A DNA stretch of 64,000 nt from Bdellovibrionales bacterium. GTDB lineage: Bacteria; Bdellovibrionota; Bdellovibrionia; Bdellovibrionales; UBA1609. Location of the stretch: positions 224,001 through 288,000 of the forward strand of contig JAWLHR010000001.1 in NCBI GenBank assembly GCA_041690295.1. The letters are read 5' to 3'. Shown here in pieces: positions 1-8,119 of this stretch. How positions within the stretch are numbered: position 1 is the first letter of the stretch; each line of letters starts with the position of its first letter. The notes under the pieces were generated by a model. That model was not told the DNA's origin. It worked only from the letters and a program-made list of their open reading frames with translations, and ran no database searches. A program made the position numbers and the translations under genes.

Positions 1-155
1 AAATTCAGAAGGATGTTTTCGAGGCCGGTGACAAAGAAATGCTCCAGGACCTCGTGGCCACGGCCGTTAACGAGGCCTATCGGGTTGTGAAAACCACCGC
101 CGATCAAGAAATGGCCAAGATCACCGGTGGCGTTTCCATTCCGGGAATGTTTTAA
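1..155 (+). CDS. ybaB: YbaB/EbfC nucleoid-associated protein, 3' part (runs off window start)
   Basis: Manual translation IQKDVFEAGDKEMLQDLVATAVNEAYRVVKTTADQEMAKITGGVSIPGMF*; typical YbaB C-terminus, directly upstream of recR. Confidence 0.9.
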   Translation, partial: IQKDVFEAGDKEMLQDLVATAVNEAYRVVKTTADQEMAKITGGVSIPGMF

Positions 156-164
156 TCAGCACCG

Positions 165-782
165 ATGCTGCAGAAGATCCCCTCCCTTAATCAGTTGGTC
201 CACGAACTCAGCCGACTCCCTGGAGTCGGCCCGAAGACCGCTCAACGGCTGGCTTATCACATACTGCGCTCCCCGGCGGATTTCGTGCAAAGCCTGCGGG
301 ACGCGCTGAAGGCGGTGAAGGAGCGCATTCACGAGTGTCCCATGTGCTACGCCTTCACTGAAGAAGACGACTATTGCCATTTCTGCAAAGATCCCATGCG
401 ATCCAGCGAAGTGCTTTGTGTGGTCGAGGATCCAGCGGATATTGAGCGCATTGAGTCGTCAGGAGTCTTTCGCGGCCGCTATCATGTGCTCCATGGCGCC
501 ATCTCGCCCTTGGATGGAGTGAGCCCCCAGGACCTTAAAATCCAAGCGCTTTTGGACCGGCTCACCGAAACCGACAACGGCGAAAGGCCAGTCAAAGAGG
601 TAATTTTGGCCCTGGATGCCGATTTGGAGGGCGACACAACTGTTCTTTACTTGGCAAAGATCCTAAAAGACATGAATATCAAAACATCCCGTATTGCTCA
701 TGGGGTTCCCATTGGTGGGGATATCGATTACATCGATCATCGGACCTTGGGCCGGGCTATTGAGAATCGAGTACAGGTTTAG
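165..782 (+). CDS. recR: Recombination mediator RecR
   Basis: LPGVGPKTAQRLAY HhH, C4 zinc finger, TOPRIM CVVEDPAD, YHVLHGAISPLDG. Confidence 0.97.
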   Translation: MLQKIPSLNQLVHELSRLPGVGPKTAQRLAYHILRSPADFVQSLRDALKAVKERIHECPMCYAFTEEDDYCHFCKDPMRSSEVLCVVEDPADIERIESSGVFRGRYHVLHGAISPLDGVSPQDLKIQALLDRLTETDNGERPVKEVILALDADLEGDTTVLYLAKILKDMNIKTSRIAHGVPIGGDIDYIDHRTLGRAIENRVQV

Positions 783-784
783 GG

Positions 785-1375
785 ATGTCGTTCATTAATT
801 ATAACGCCAAAGAGATCCATTGTAAGATCGTGTACTATGGACCGTCGCTCGGCGGGAAAACCACCAACCTTCAGTGGGTTTATCACAAGACCGCTGGACC
901 GGATAAATCCGAGCTTTTCAGCTTGCCCGGCGATGTTGAGCGCACGCTCTTTTTTGATTTTCTTCCTTTGAACTTAGGTGAGATCCGCGGCTTCAAAACG
1001 CGCTTTCACCTTTATACCGTTCCCGGCCAGGTGGTTTACGATGCTTCACGGAAACTCATCCTTAAGGGCTTGGACGGCGTGGTGTTCGTCGCCGACTCTC
1101 AGGCCGAACGCATGGAAGAAAATCTCCAAAGCATGGAGAACCTGAAAAAGAATCTGGAACAACAGGGTTACGACATCAACGAAGTCCCGCTGGTTTTGCA
1201 ATATAACAAGCGTGATTTACCGAACGCGCTTCCCGTCAGCGAACTGCGCACGGCTCTGAACAAGTATAATTCCGCCGACTTCGAAGGCACGGCCAGCGAA
1301 GGCAAGGGCGTGTTCGAGGCGCTGCGTACGGTTTCGAAAACAATCATCAATGTTTTAAAGGGCGGCGACCTCTAA
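785..1375 (+). CDS. mglA: Ras-like GTPase MglA
   Basis: MSFINY, KIVYYGPSLGGKTTN, RTLFFDFLPL, TVPGQ, QYNKRDLP match myxobacterial/Bdellovibrio MglA. Confidence 0.95.
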   Translation: MSFINYNAKEIHCKIVYYGPSLGGKTTNLQWVYHKTAGPDKSELFSLPGDVERTLFFDFLPLNLGEIRGFKTRFHLYTVPGQVVYDASRKLILKGLDGVVFVADSQAERMEENLQSMENLKKNLEQQGYDINEVPLVLQYNKRDLPNALPVSELRTALNKYNSADFEGTASEGKGVFEALRTVSKTIINVLKGGDL

Positions 1376-1474
1376 TCGTCCCAGAATCAGACACTAAGGC
1401 CGCTGTTTTCGCGTCTTTGGCTTTCTTTTCAATCTATGAGTCTTCAGTCGCCAGACCGGCGATAAGCTGAAATC

Positions 1475-2527
1475 ATGGAACGGAAAGATTTTAAAACGTT
1501 GGCGGCAATTGCAGTTCTCATCATCCTACCCGTTTGTTTGATGAGCTGCTCTCCAAAAACCCATTTCGGAAGTGAGGAGAAGTCTTCATCATCGAACAAC
1601 CCCGGTGGGCCCTCCTCGGGATTCCTTGGACAACCCGGCCCCGGGCCTTCTTGCATTGATCAACCGGGCATTGAAAAAACCGTCTTAGACAAAACCTACA
1701 CTGAGCGAATCAGATTATCTGAACCGAGCTCACCGGCGATCATCGACGCGCGCTCCGGTCTTTCGCTGACCAGCGGTGAGCGCGCGTTGGAGATTGGATC
1801 CAAGAAGCCGGTGAATAACATGTGCATCGTGGGCTGGACGGTGATCGGTCAGCAATCACGTACTCTCACCTGGCGACAGATGCACGATGATCTGGGTGGC
1901 AGCGCCCTTCGTGTTTATGGATCGAATTACGTGGTTGATGGTCTCCGGGCGGAAAACGTACAGGACGGATTCGATCCCAGAGAAGGCGACGGTTTTGAAC
2001 TTCGCAATGTTTGGATGCAATACATTCGGGATGACTGCATTGAGAATGACGAATTCGGCGAGCTGACTGTGAGGGATAGCTTGTTCGACGGATGTTACAC
2101 CTTCCTCAGCGAACAAGAGTCGGGTTCGGTTGACGGGGAATCACTCATCCTGGAGAACATTCTCGTGCGCTTGCAACCCATGCCGGCTCCCCACGGCGAG
2201 GATGATCCCTCGATTCTCGGACACGGCAGCTTCTTCAAAAAATTCGATAAGGGTGGGCGCCATCAGCCGATCATTCGCAACTCCATCTTTTTCCTCGAAA
2301 AGGAATGTCACAGCGGCTGCAAGGACTGGCCGCCCGGCACTCAAGCCACCAACGTGACGTTGGTCTGGACAGGAACCGGGAATTTCCCGATGAGCATTTT
2401 ACCGGGCATGACGCTAACGAAAGATCGCAGTGTATGGGACAATGCGGTACAGCGCTGGAAAGCTCGGCACGGCTGCACCACAATGGACAAACCCTGTACA
2501 AAGTTGCACAACCCAGACCCGCTCTAA
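1475..2527 (+). CDS. Lipoprotein, probable right-handed beta-helix (pectin-lyase-like) domain
   Basis: Lipobox LMSC, S/P/G linker, short repeated strands with Asp-rich turns (VQDGFD, IRDDCIEND, DSLFDGC); fold is inference. Confidence 0.55.
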   Translation: MERKDFKTLAAIAVLIILPVCLMSCSPKTHFGSEEKSSSSNNPGGPSSGFLGQPGPGPSCIDQPGIEKTVLDKTYTERIRLSEPSSPAIIDARSGLSLTSGERALEIGSKKPVNNMCIVGWTVIGQQSRTLTWRQMHDDLGGSALRVYGSNYVVDGLRAENVQDGFDPREGDGFELRNVWMQYIRDDCIENDEFGELTVRDSLFDGCYTFLSEQESGSVDGESLILENILVRLQPMPAPHGEDDPSILGHGSFFKKFDKGGRHQPIIRNSIFFLEKECHSGCKDWPPGTQATNVTLVWTGTGNFPMSILPGMTLTKDRSVWDNAVQRWKARHGCTTMDKPCTKLHNPDPL

Positions 2528-2584
2528 AAAGTAGGCCGTTCCTTTTCAGGATGCGTGGCATCCTGAAAAGGAACGGCCTACTTT
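2528..2584. repeat. Perfect 27-bp inverted repeat (terminator or REP-doublet-like)
   Basis: AAAGTAGGCCGTTCCTTTTCAGGATGC-gtg-GCATCCTGAAAAGGAACGGCCTACTTT immediately after the stop codon at 2527. Confidence 0.9.
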
Positions 2585-2620
2585 CCGCCGCCGGGCAAGC
2601 TTGATACCATTTCTACATAT

Positions 2621-3460
2621 ATGCCGAAGCTGAAGGTCTCATCGACGCAGTTCGATTTGCGCCCGTTGAAAGAGCCCGATGAATTCTGGCAGCGCGTGGA
2701 GTCACTGATCCGTAAAGCCGGCGACCAAGACTCCCAATTAATTCTTTTCCCCGAATACTTCGTGTTGTCCTGGTTGCTTTCGCTGACGAATCAGAATTTC
2801 CAGGCGGCACTGGAGAAGTTCGATGATGTAAGACCTGAGTTTCACGATCGCTTTACATCGTACGCCCAGCAGTTCCAAACCATCATCGTCGCGGGCTCCG
2901 TCCCCTTCCCATTGCGCAGCCGGCGCGTGAACCGCTCGTTTACTTATTTGCCGGACGGCCGTCGCTTTGAGCAGGACAAACAGAATATGACCCGCCTGGA
3001 AGACGAACAGTGGCTCATCCACGGCGGTCACCACAATATCCGCTTTTGGGAATGGAAGAGCGCGGGACTTGGCGTGGCCATTTGTTACGATATCGAGTTC
3101 CCCGCCTACACCCGGGAACTGACCAAAAAAGACGTGGATGTAATCCTCGTGCCTTCCTGCACGACCGATATCCATGGCTATTGGCGCGTTCGTCATTGCG
3201 CTCAGGCACGGGCCGTTGAGAGCCAAACCTATGTTGTTGTCAGCTCGTTGGTCGGCGGTCACCCGAATATTCCCGGCCTACAGTCACTTTACGGACGTGC
3301 CGGATTCTATACACCTTGTGACACAGATTTCCCCGAAGAGGGCGTCCTGGGGCTGGGCAACCTGAATCAGGAAGACGTGCACACCCATTTATTGGACGTC
3401 GCCCTTTTAAATAAAGTCAGGGAGCAGGGAACGGTTCTTAATCGTCGCGACAATTTTTGA
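2621..3460 (+). CDS. Carbon-nitrogen hydrolase (nitrilase superfamily)
   Basis: ILFPEY, QDKQNMT, ICYDIEFP catalytic E-K-C motifs; ARAVESQ. Confidence 0.9.
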   Translation: MPKLKVSSTQFDLRPLKEPDEFWQRVESLIRKAGDQDSQLILFPEYFVLSWLLSLTNQNFQAALEKFDDVRPEFHDRFTSYAQQFQTIIVAGSVPFPLRSRRVNRSFTYLPDGRRFEQDKQNMTRLEDEQWLIHGGHHNIRFWEWKSAGLGVAICYDIEFPAYTRELTKKDVDVILVPSCTTDIHGYWRVRHCAQARAVESQTYVVVSSLVGGHPNIPGLQSLYGRAGFYTPCDTDFPEEGVLGLGNLNQEDVHTHLLDVALLNKVREQGTVLNRRDNF

Positions 3461-3484
3461 TTTCCGTGATAGCTTCCCAGACCC

Positions 3485-4444
3485 ATGGAAACCACGCGCG
3501 AGCGTATTCTTAAACTAAAGAAGGAGCGAAACGCCGTAATCCTGGCCCACTATTATGAGGACGGGGCCATTCAGGATTTGGCCGATCACGTGGGTGATTC
3601 CCTGGCGCTCGCCCAATGGGGCGAAACTATTGAAGCTCCGGTTGTGCTCATGGCGGGCGTGGTCTTCATGGCGGAAAGCGTGAAAATGCTTTCACCATCA
3701 AAAACCGTCCTGATTCCCGATCGCGACGCCGGATGCTCTTTGGTGGACCACTCTCCTTATGAGAAATATCTGGCATGGCGGCGGGAACATGAAGACGCCA
3801 TCTGCGTGACCTACGTGAACAGCAGCGCCGAAGTGAAAGCCATCTCCGATGTCTGCGTCACCTCAAGCAATGCGGAAAAAATCATCGCCGCGATTCCGAG
3901 CGACCGACGGATTCTTTTTGGTCCGGATCGCAATCTCGGTCGTTACCTCAGCCGCAAACTGAACCGCGAGATGATCCTTTGGCCGGGTGTCTGCCAGGTG
4001 CACGTTCTCTTCTCCGAGCGTAAACTTTTTGAGTTGAAATCGGAACATCCGGACGCCATCGTTCTCGCCCACCCGGAATGCGACGAACCCGTTTTGGAAT
4101 ACGCCGACGTCATTGGTTCGACTTCACGATTATTGGCGGAAGTGACGAACAATCCCAATCGAAAATTCATTGTCGCCACTGAACCCGGAATCTTTCATCA
4201 AATGCGAAAAGCGCGTCCCGACGCCGAGTTGATTCAAGCGCCCGCGCAAGGAAGCTGCGCCTGCAATGAGTGCCCTTACATGAAGCTGAACACTCTCGAT
4301 AAAGTCGAAAAGGCACTGATCACACTTGAGCCCCGAATCGAATTGGAGCCTGACTTGATCGAACGCGCCCGGCGGAGCCTGACCCGAATGCTCGCTATCA
4401 CACGCGGAGAATCCGTCACATGGCCGGCCCGATTCACGATTTGA
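3485..4444 (+). CDS. nadA: Quinolinate synthase
   Basis: ILAHYY, GDSL, GVVFMAE, AGCSL, YVNSSA, CQVH, AHPEC, CPYMK. Confidence 0.96.
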   Translation: METTRERILKLKKERNAVILAHYYEDGAIQDLADHVGDSLALAQWGETIEAPVVLMAGVVFMAESVKMLSPSKTVLIPDRDAGCSLVDHSPYEKYLAWRREHEDAICVTYVNSSAEVKAISDVCVTSSNAEKIIAAIPSDRRILFGPDRNLGRYLSRKLNREMILWPGVCQVHVLFSERKLFELKSEHPDAIVLAHPECDEPVLEYADVIGSTSRLLAEVTNNPNRKFIVATEPGIFHQMRKARPDAELIQAPAQGSCACNECPYMKLNTLDKVEKALITLEPRIELEPDLIERARRSLTRMLAITRGESVTWPARFTI

Positions 4445-4962
4445 TGGCCCAATGGCCCGATTTGCGGGGACAAATCGATCCCTCCTTCGGCGCTAACGCC
4501 AACAATGAACATCGCCATAAAATCCGCGAATCCATCGCCCGGAATCTGAATCTCCCGATAGCCGAGATCTCCGATCTCAGTCGGCCGCCCGAAACCGCCT
4601 CCTGGTCCATCAGCATCAGCCATTGCCCCAACCTCGGCGGTTGGGTCGCCATTCCCCGCCCGGCGACGGTTGGATTGGATATTGAAGAGAAAGACCGGCT
4701 TCGTCCGGAGGTGATTCGCCGGGTGAGTTCGGAGAATGAATTAAAGGAGGCGCCCCACCCGGCCTACCTTTGGTGCGCGAAGGAGTCTCATTTTAAGGCG
4801 GTACATGCGAACAAGAATCTTACAATCGGGGCCATTCAAATCTCCGAATGGCGCCCCCAATCACATGGATTTCATTTTTCTGGTGAAAGTCGTTCGAGCC
4901 GCTCAAACGGCTTTTTAACGGAGTACAACGGCTTCATCATCGCCGTGACCGTTTCAAATTGA
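4444..4962 (+). CDS. 4'-phosphopantetheinyl transferase family protein
   Basis: SISHC, VGLDIE, WCAKESHFKA; ATG at 4444 overlaps the nadA stop (TGATG). Confidence 0.85.
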   Translation: MAQWPDLRGQIDPSFGANANNEHRHKIRESIARNLNLPIAEISDLSRPPETASWSISISHCPNLGGWVAIPRPATVGLDIEEKDRLRPEVIRRVSSENELKEAPHPAYLWCAKESHFKAVHANKNLTIGAIQISEWRPQSHGFHFSGESRSSRSNGFLTEYNGFIIAVTVSN

Positions 4963-5004
4963 GAACCACGGGCCTTCAACGCCCGACGGATTCCGCCTTT
5001 TACT

Positions 5005-5031
5005 TAAACTTTGGTCCAGTCTCACCGATGA
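5005..5031 (+). promoter_or_regulatory. Sigma-28 (FliA)-like promoter
   Basis: TAAA-N15-ACCGATGA upstream of the PilZ gene (consensus TAAA-N15-GCCGATAA). Confidence 0.6.
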
Positions 5032-5061
5032 GTCATTAAAGACGCAGGAGAGGGAACAGAA

Positions 5062-5451
5062 ATGAGATCTGAACGAAGAGTTGCTGCACGAAAAGTGGTC
5101 GACACAATCCACGTGGCTGAGTTGACTTCACTCTCTAGTTACTCGGTCATCGCCCGTGAAGGTGTCATCGTGGATGCTTCACAATCAGGATTCCTGGTGA
5201 AAGTGGAGCGATCATCGCTGGTTCCCAAAGAGTATCGTGAAAACTTGAATATGATGAACTTGGTGGGACACCAAGTGGTCATGTACCTTCCCCAAATGAA
5301 TCTTGATTTGGATGGAACGATCACCCGCGCGGACCATGTCGGTAAAGGCCGGTTCGAGATCGCGGTCAAGTTTTCACCGGACGTTCCTGAATATTGGCGC
5401 GGATGTCTGGTTGATTTGCTGCCCGCTCCCGGCGAAATCACTGAAGACTAA
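5062..5451 (+). CDS. PilZ-domain protein
   Basis: RRVAAR (RxxxR) and DASQSG (DxSxxG) c-di-GMP motifs; RBS GGAGAGGG. Confidence 0.8.
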   Translation: MRSERRVAARKVVDTIHVAELTSLSSYSVIAREGVIVDASQSGFLVKVERSSLVPKEYRENLNMMNLVGHQVVMYLPQMNLDLDGTITRADHVGKGRFEIAVKFSPDVPEYWRGCLVDLLPAPGEITED

Positions 5452-6083
5452 AGATTCACCCAGCCCCGTAAAGAACCTTCCGGCGCGAACGCCAGATTGT
5501 AATGCATTGGCACGAACCATGAGAGGATTTGCGCCAATGAACCCTGATCCTGCGGCGTCAAATCTCCAAGAGCCTGTTGATTGAAAACCAAATCCGTTTG
5601 CGTGTACGTCTTATCCGTTATGACCACGACTTGCGGATCATGAATTCCCTGAGCCGCTAAAAACTCGCGCAAGACCGAACGGACATAGGGCGGCAGATAA
5701 CTGTCCGACGGCGCGCCGATCATCGCCCCTTCCGGCACGATCAACTCCTCATCCGCACGGGCGGGAGTGGGTTGGGGATGTAAAAAGGAACCGGTTTCGG
5801 CGAAATTCCACAACATTCCATAGGTGAACACATAATCCGGAATCATCTTGTGCGCGTTCACAACCATGCCGATTCCCCGGCCGGCAAGCCACCGGGCCAC
5901 CTTTTCAACCGGCTCCTCGCCCTCGGTTTTCACCCGCAGGTAAGGAAGTCCGTCCGGACCATTGACCGGGCGGCCGTCATCCACGATGCCCACTTTTTCC
6001 TGGGCGAAGGTCTGGAGAAACCTTTTCTCCCAGGCTTCATCACGCTTGCTCTCGGGCAATTGAATCAATTGGCGGAAATCCAT
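5448..6083 (-). CDS. Hypothetical protein, possibly SseB-like
   Basis: ORF from MDFRQL; GPDGLPYL and GAPSDSYLP segments; family call is weak. Confidence 0.6.
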   Translation of the reverse strand: MDFRQLIQLPESKRDEAWEKRFLQTFAQEKVGIVDDGRPVNGPDGLPYLRVKTEGEEPVEKVARWLAGRGIGMVVNAHKMIPDYVFTYGMLWNFAETGSFLHPQPTPARADEELIVPEGAMIGAPSDSYLPPYVRSVLREFLAAQGIHDPQVVVITDKTYTQTDLVFNQQALGDLTPQDQGSLAQILSWFVPMHYNLAFAPEGSLRGWVNL

Positions 6084-6167
6084 GACCAAGGTCCTACAGC
6101 CCCGACCGGAGGGAAGCAACAGAAACGTCTACATTATGCCGAAGAGACTCGGGGAATAGAGGGAACT

Positions 6168-6449
6168 ATGAAAAAGGTGAAATCGTTTTCCGATGCTTTG
6201 GCTGAACTTGAGCGCGCGGCCGACGAGGCCGGTCCCGAATTGCGCCGCCGGCTTGAAGAAGAGTTAAGTAAACTCAAACCCCATGTTGAAGAAATCAAAG
6301 CCAAATTGAACGAGGGACTCCACGAAGGAAAGGAGCGGCTGGAGCGTGAAGTTCAGAAGAATCCTCTGGCCGCCTTGGGTGTGGTGGCCATTTTCTTTTT
6401 CATCCTTGGACTGATTCTTTCTCCCCGCCGCTCAAGGAGATCCGATTGA
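6168..6449 (+). CDS. DUF883/YqjD/ElaB-like tail-anchored protein
   Basis: Start MKKVKSF after GAGGG; coiled coil, VQKNPLAALGV, C-terminal TM and RR tail. Confidence 0.75.
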   Translation: MKKVKSFSDALAELERAADEAGPELRRRLEEELSKLKPHVEEIKAKLNEGLHEGKERLEREVQKNPLAALGVVAIFFFILGLILSPRRSRRSD

Positions 6450-6799
6450 ACTGGTTGTTCCGCCTGCTCTGGGCTATTTGGGGCCAACATGTATTGATGC
6501 GCGAAATGAAGCGCAAAAGTCTCGCGGCTTATCTTCGGGCCGTGCGGGCGGCACGACTCAGTTTGATCGTGGTTTTATTGGCCGGACTCATATTGCAAGC
6601 CATGTTGCTGGCGGGATTTGGCGCGGTGGTGACCGGATTTCTCCTTTGGGATTATGAGTTCGCCGCCAAGATTGAAATCTTGTTCTGGATCTTTACCAGC
6701 ATGTTTTTAATTCCATTTGTCTTGCTTCTTATTCTTTTATCCGAACGGCTTTGGCTCAGACTATCGGGAGCCAAAAGAATGATGGAAAATCTGAAATAA
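6446..6799 (+). CDS. Two-TM membrane protein (YqjE-like position)
   Basis: Overlaps the previous stop; two long hydrophobic segments. Confidence 0.7.
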   Translation: MNWLFRLLWAIWGQHVLMREMKRKSLAAYLRAVRAARLSLIVVLLAGLILQAMLLAGFGAVVTGFLLWDYEFAAKIEILFWIFTSMFLIPFVLLLILLSERLWLRLSGAKRMMENLK

Positions 6800-6925
6800 A
6801 AAGGGCAGGCACGGGAATCATTCCCGTGCCTGTAGGAGACAGGCTACAGGGCCGCCTTCCGGCGACCCTGCAGTGGAGGGTAAAACAAAGAAGGACTCGC
6901 ACGATCTGTTTTACTCCACTTCAAT
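6798..6925 (-). ncRNA. Candidate three-hairpin small RNA ending in an intrinsic terminator
   Basis: Stems 6872-6920, 6845-6872 (GGAA tetraloop and G-U pairs only on the minus strand) and 6806-6832 followed by CCCUUUUU; no minus-strand gene upstream to terminate. Confidence 0.5.
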
Positions 6926-7042
6926 GAATCTCTTCTGAAACCTAAATTAAAAGACATTAAGAGTTCGCTGCAGCTCATCATGACGGTGACAGGTTCCATA
7001 CCACCAATGGAAAATTATTAAATTCGTCAGATTGGGGGAGTT

Positions 7043-7579
7043 ATGAAGGTTTTATTCGTTGTGTGCGCATTTGTTTTCATGATGGGCGCGCAAACCGGAT
7101 GCGCGGGTGAAAATTCGCCGACGACGGTCACGACACCACCCGACTCGCCTCCCAAACCCATGCCGCCGCCCGACAATGAACCACCTCAAAAAGAGCCCAT
7201 TCCACCTCCGCCGGATAAGGCTTTCGATGTGAGTGATTTTCCCAACCGCCCCGGAACAATCTACGGCCGCTGGATGGATGATTATTCGGAATTCGATAAA
7301 GGCCTGGCCATCGTGACCGAGTTTTACTTCAATCGGAAAAACCAAATTGGAATTCGGCGGTTTTGCGCCGGTTCGGGACTGGCCGCCCACAGAGAAGTCA
7401 CGGTCTTGATTTCAGGCCGGGTCAAAAACAATCGGATCTACTTTAATGAAAGCGCCGAAGCCGTCCATCATGATTGCATCTTACAGGTGCCGATCGGTTC
7501 CTGGCCGTATCATATTCGTAAAAACAAACTCGAAGTCGAGTGGCAAAAGAAACAGTGGCGCGTTTATTCCCGCATATAA
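7043..7579 (+). CDS. Proline-rich lipoprotein
   Basis: Signal ending QTGC; Pro-rich linker; RBS GGGGAG. Confidence 0.75.
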   Translation: MKVLFVVCAFVFMMGAQTGCAGENSPTTVTTPPDSPPKPMPPPDNEPPQKEPIPPPPDKAFDVSDFPNRPGTIYGRWMDDYSEFDKGLAIVTEFYFNRKNQIGIRRFCAGSGLAAHREVTVLISGRVKNNRIYFNESAEAVHHDCILQVPIGSWPYHIRKNKLEVEWQKKQWRVYSRI

Positions 7580-7606
7580 AAAAAGCGCGACCGTCAGGCC
7601 GCGCTT
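7578..7606 (-). terminator. Intrinsic terminator between convergent genes
   Basis: Minus strand AAGCGCGGCC-TGAC-GGTCGCGCTT followed by a T run. Confidence 0.8.
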
Positions 7607-7633
7607 CATTTCGACTCGAAAAACCTTAAGCGA

Positions 7634-8056
7634 TTAACCGCAAACGTTTTTCAGGTTTTGGTAAAGCTCAACGCCATCTTTCGCCGGAGCCACCACAGTG
7701 TCGTACTGCGACTGGATTTTGTCGGCGCTGCCGCAGTTCATGACTTCGATCAAACCGTCAACATATTCGCCTTGGCCCACGGCCAATTGCTGTTTGAGAT
7801 TCGAATAGTTGTTCACAACGTAGTTCACGGCTTCTTTTTCGTTGGACGCGAACGAAAGTTGCTTACATCCCAAAGTACCAGTGGTCATACCGAAAGCCGG
7901 CGGAACGAAAACGTTGGTCGTTCCCCGCGTGGTGGTGGCGATCATGGTTTCGTCGGAAGTGACTTCCCAACCGAGACCGCAGCCGTCCATCGTGTCACGA
8001 GCGTGGCTGATCATAGGAAGTGCTAAAACTAAAAGTGCTGTTGCTAAAAGGCGCAT
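7634..8056 (-). CDS. DUF3015 family secreted protein
   Basis: Signal peptide; GCGLG, TTN, FGMTTGTLGC, LAVGQGEY. Confidence 0.85.
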   Translation of the reverse strand: MRLLATALLVLALPMISHARDTMDGCGLGWEVTSDETMIATTTRGTTNVFVPPAFGMTTGTLGCKQLSFASNEKEAVNYVVNNYSNLKQQLAVGQGEYVDGLIEVMNCGSADKIQSQYDTVVAPAKDGVELYQNLKNVCG

Positions 8057-8119
8057 GTTTCCTCCGTTAGGATTGCTGTTTCTTCGTTGTCTTCATGGTC
8101 AGCTAGATTCTTTAGGGAT

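Noticed and set aside
6798..6925. c-di-GMP riboswitch or other known RNA family
   Set aside because: No recognisable consensus by eye and no downstream minus-strand gene close enough to regulate.
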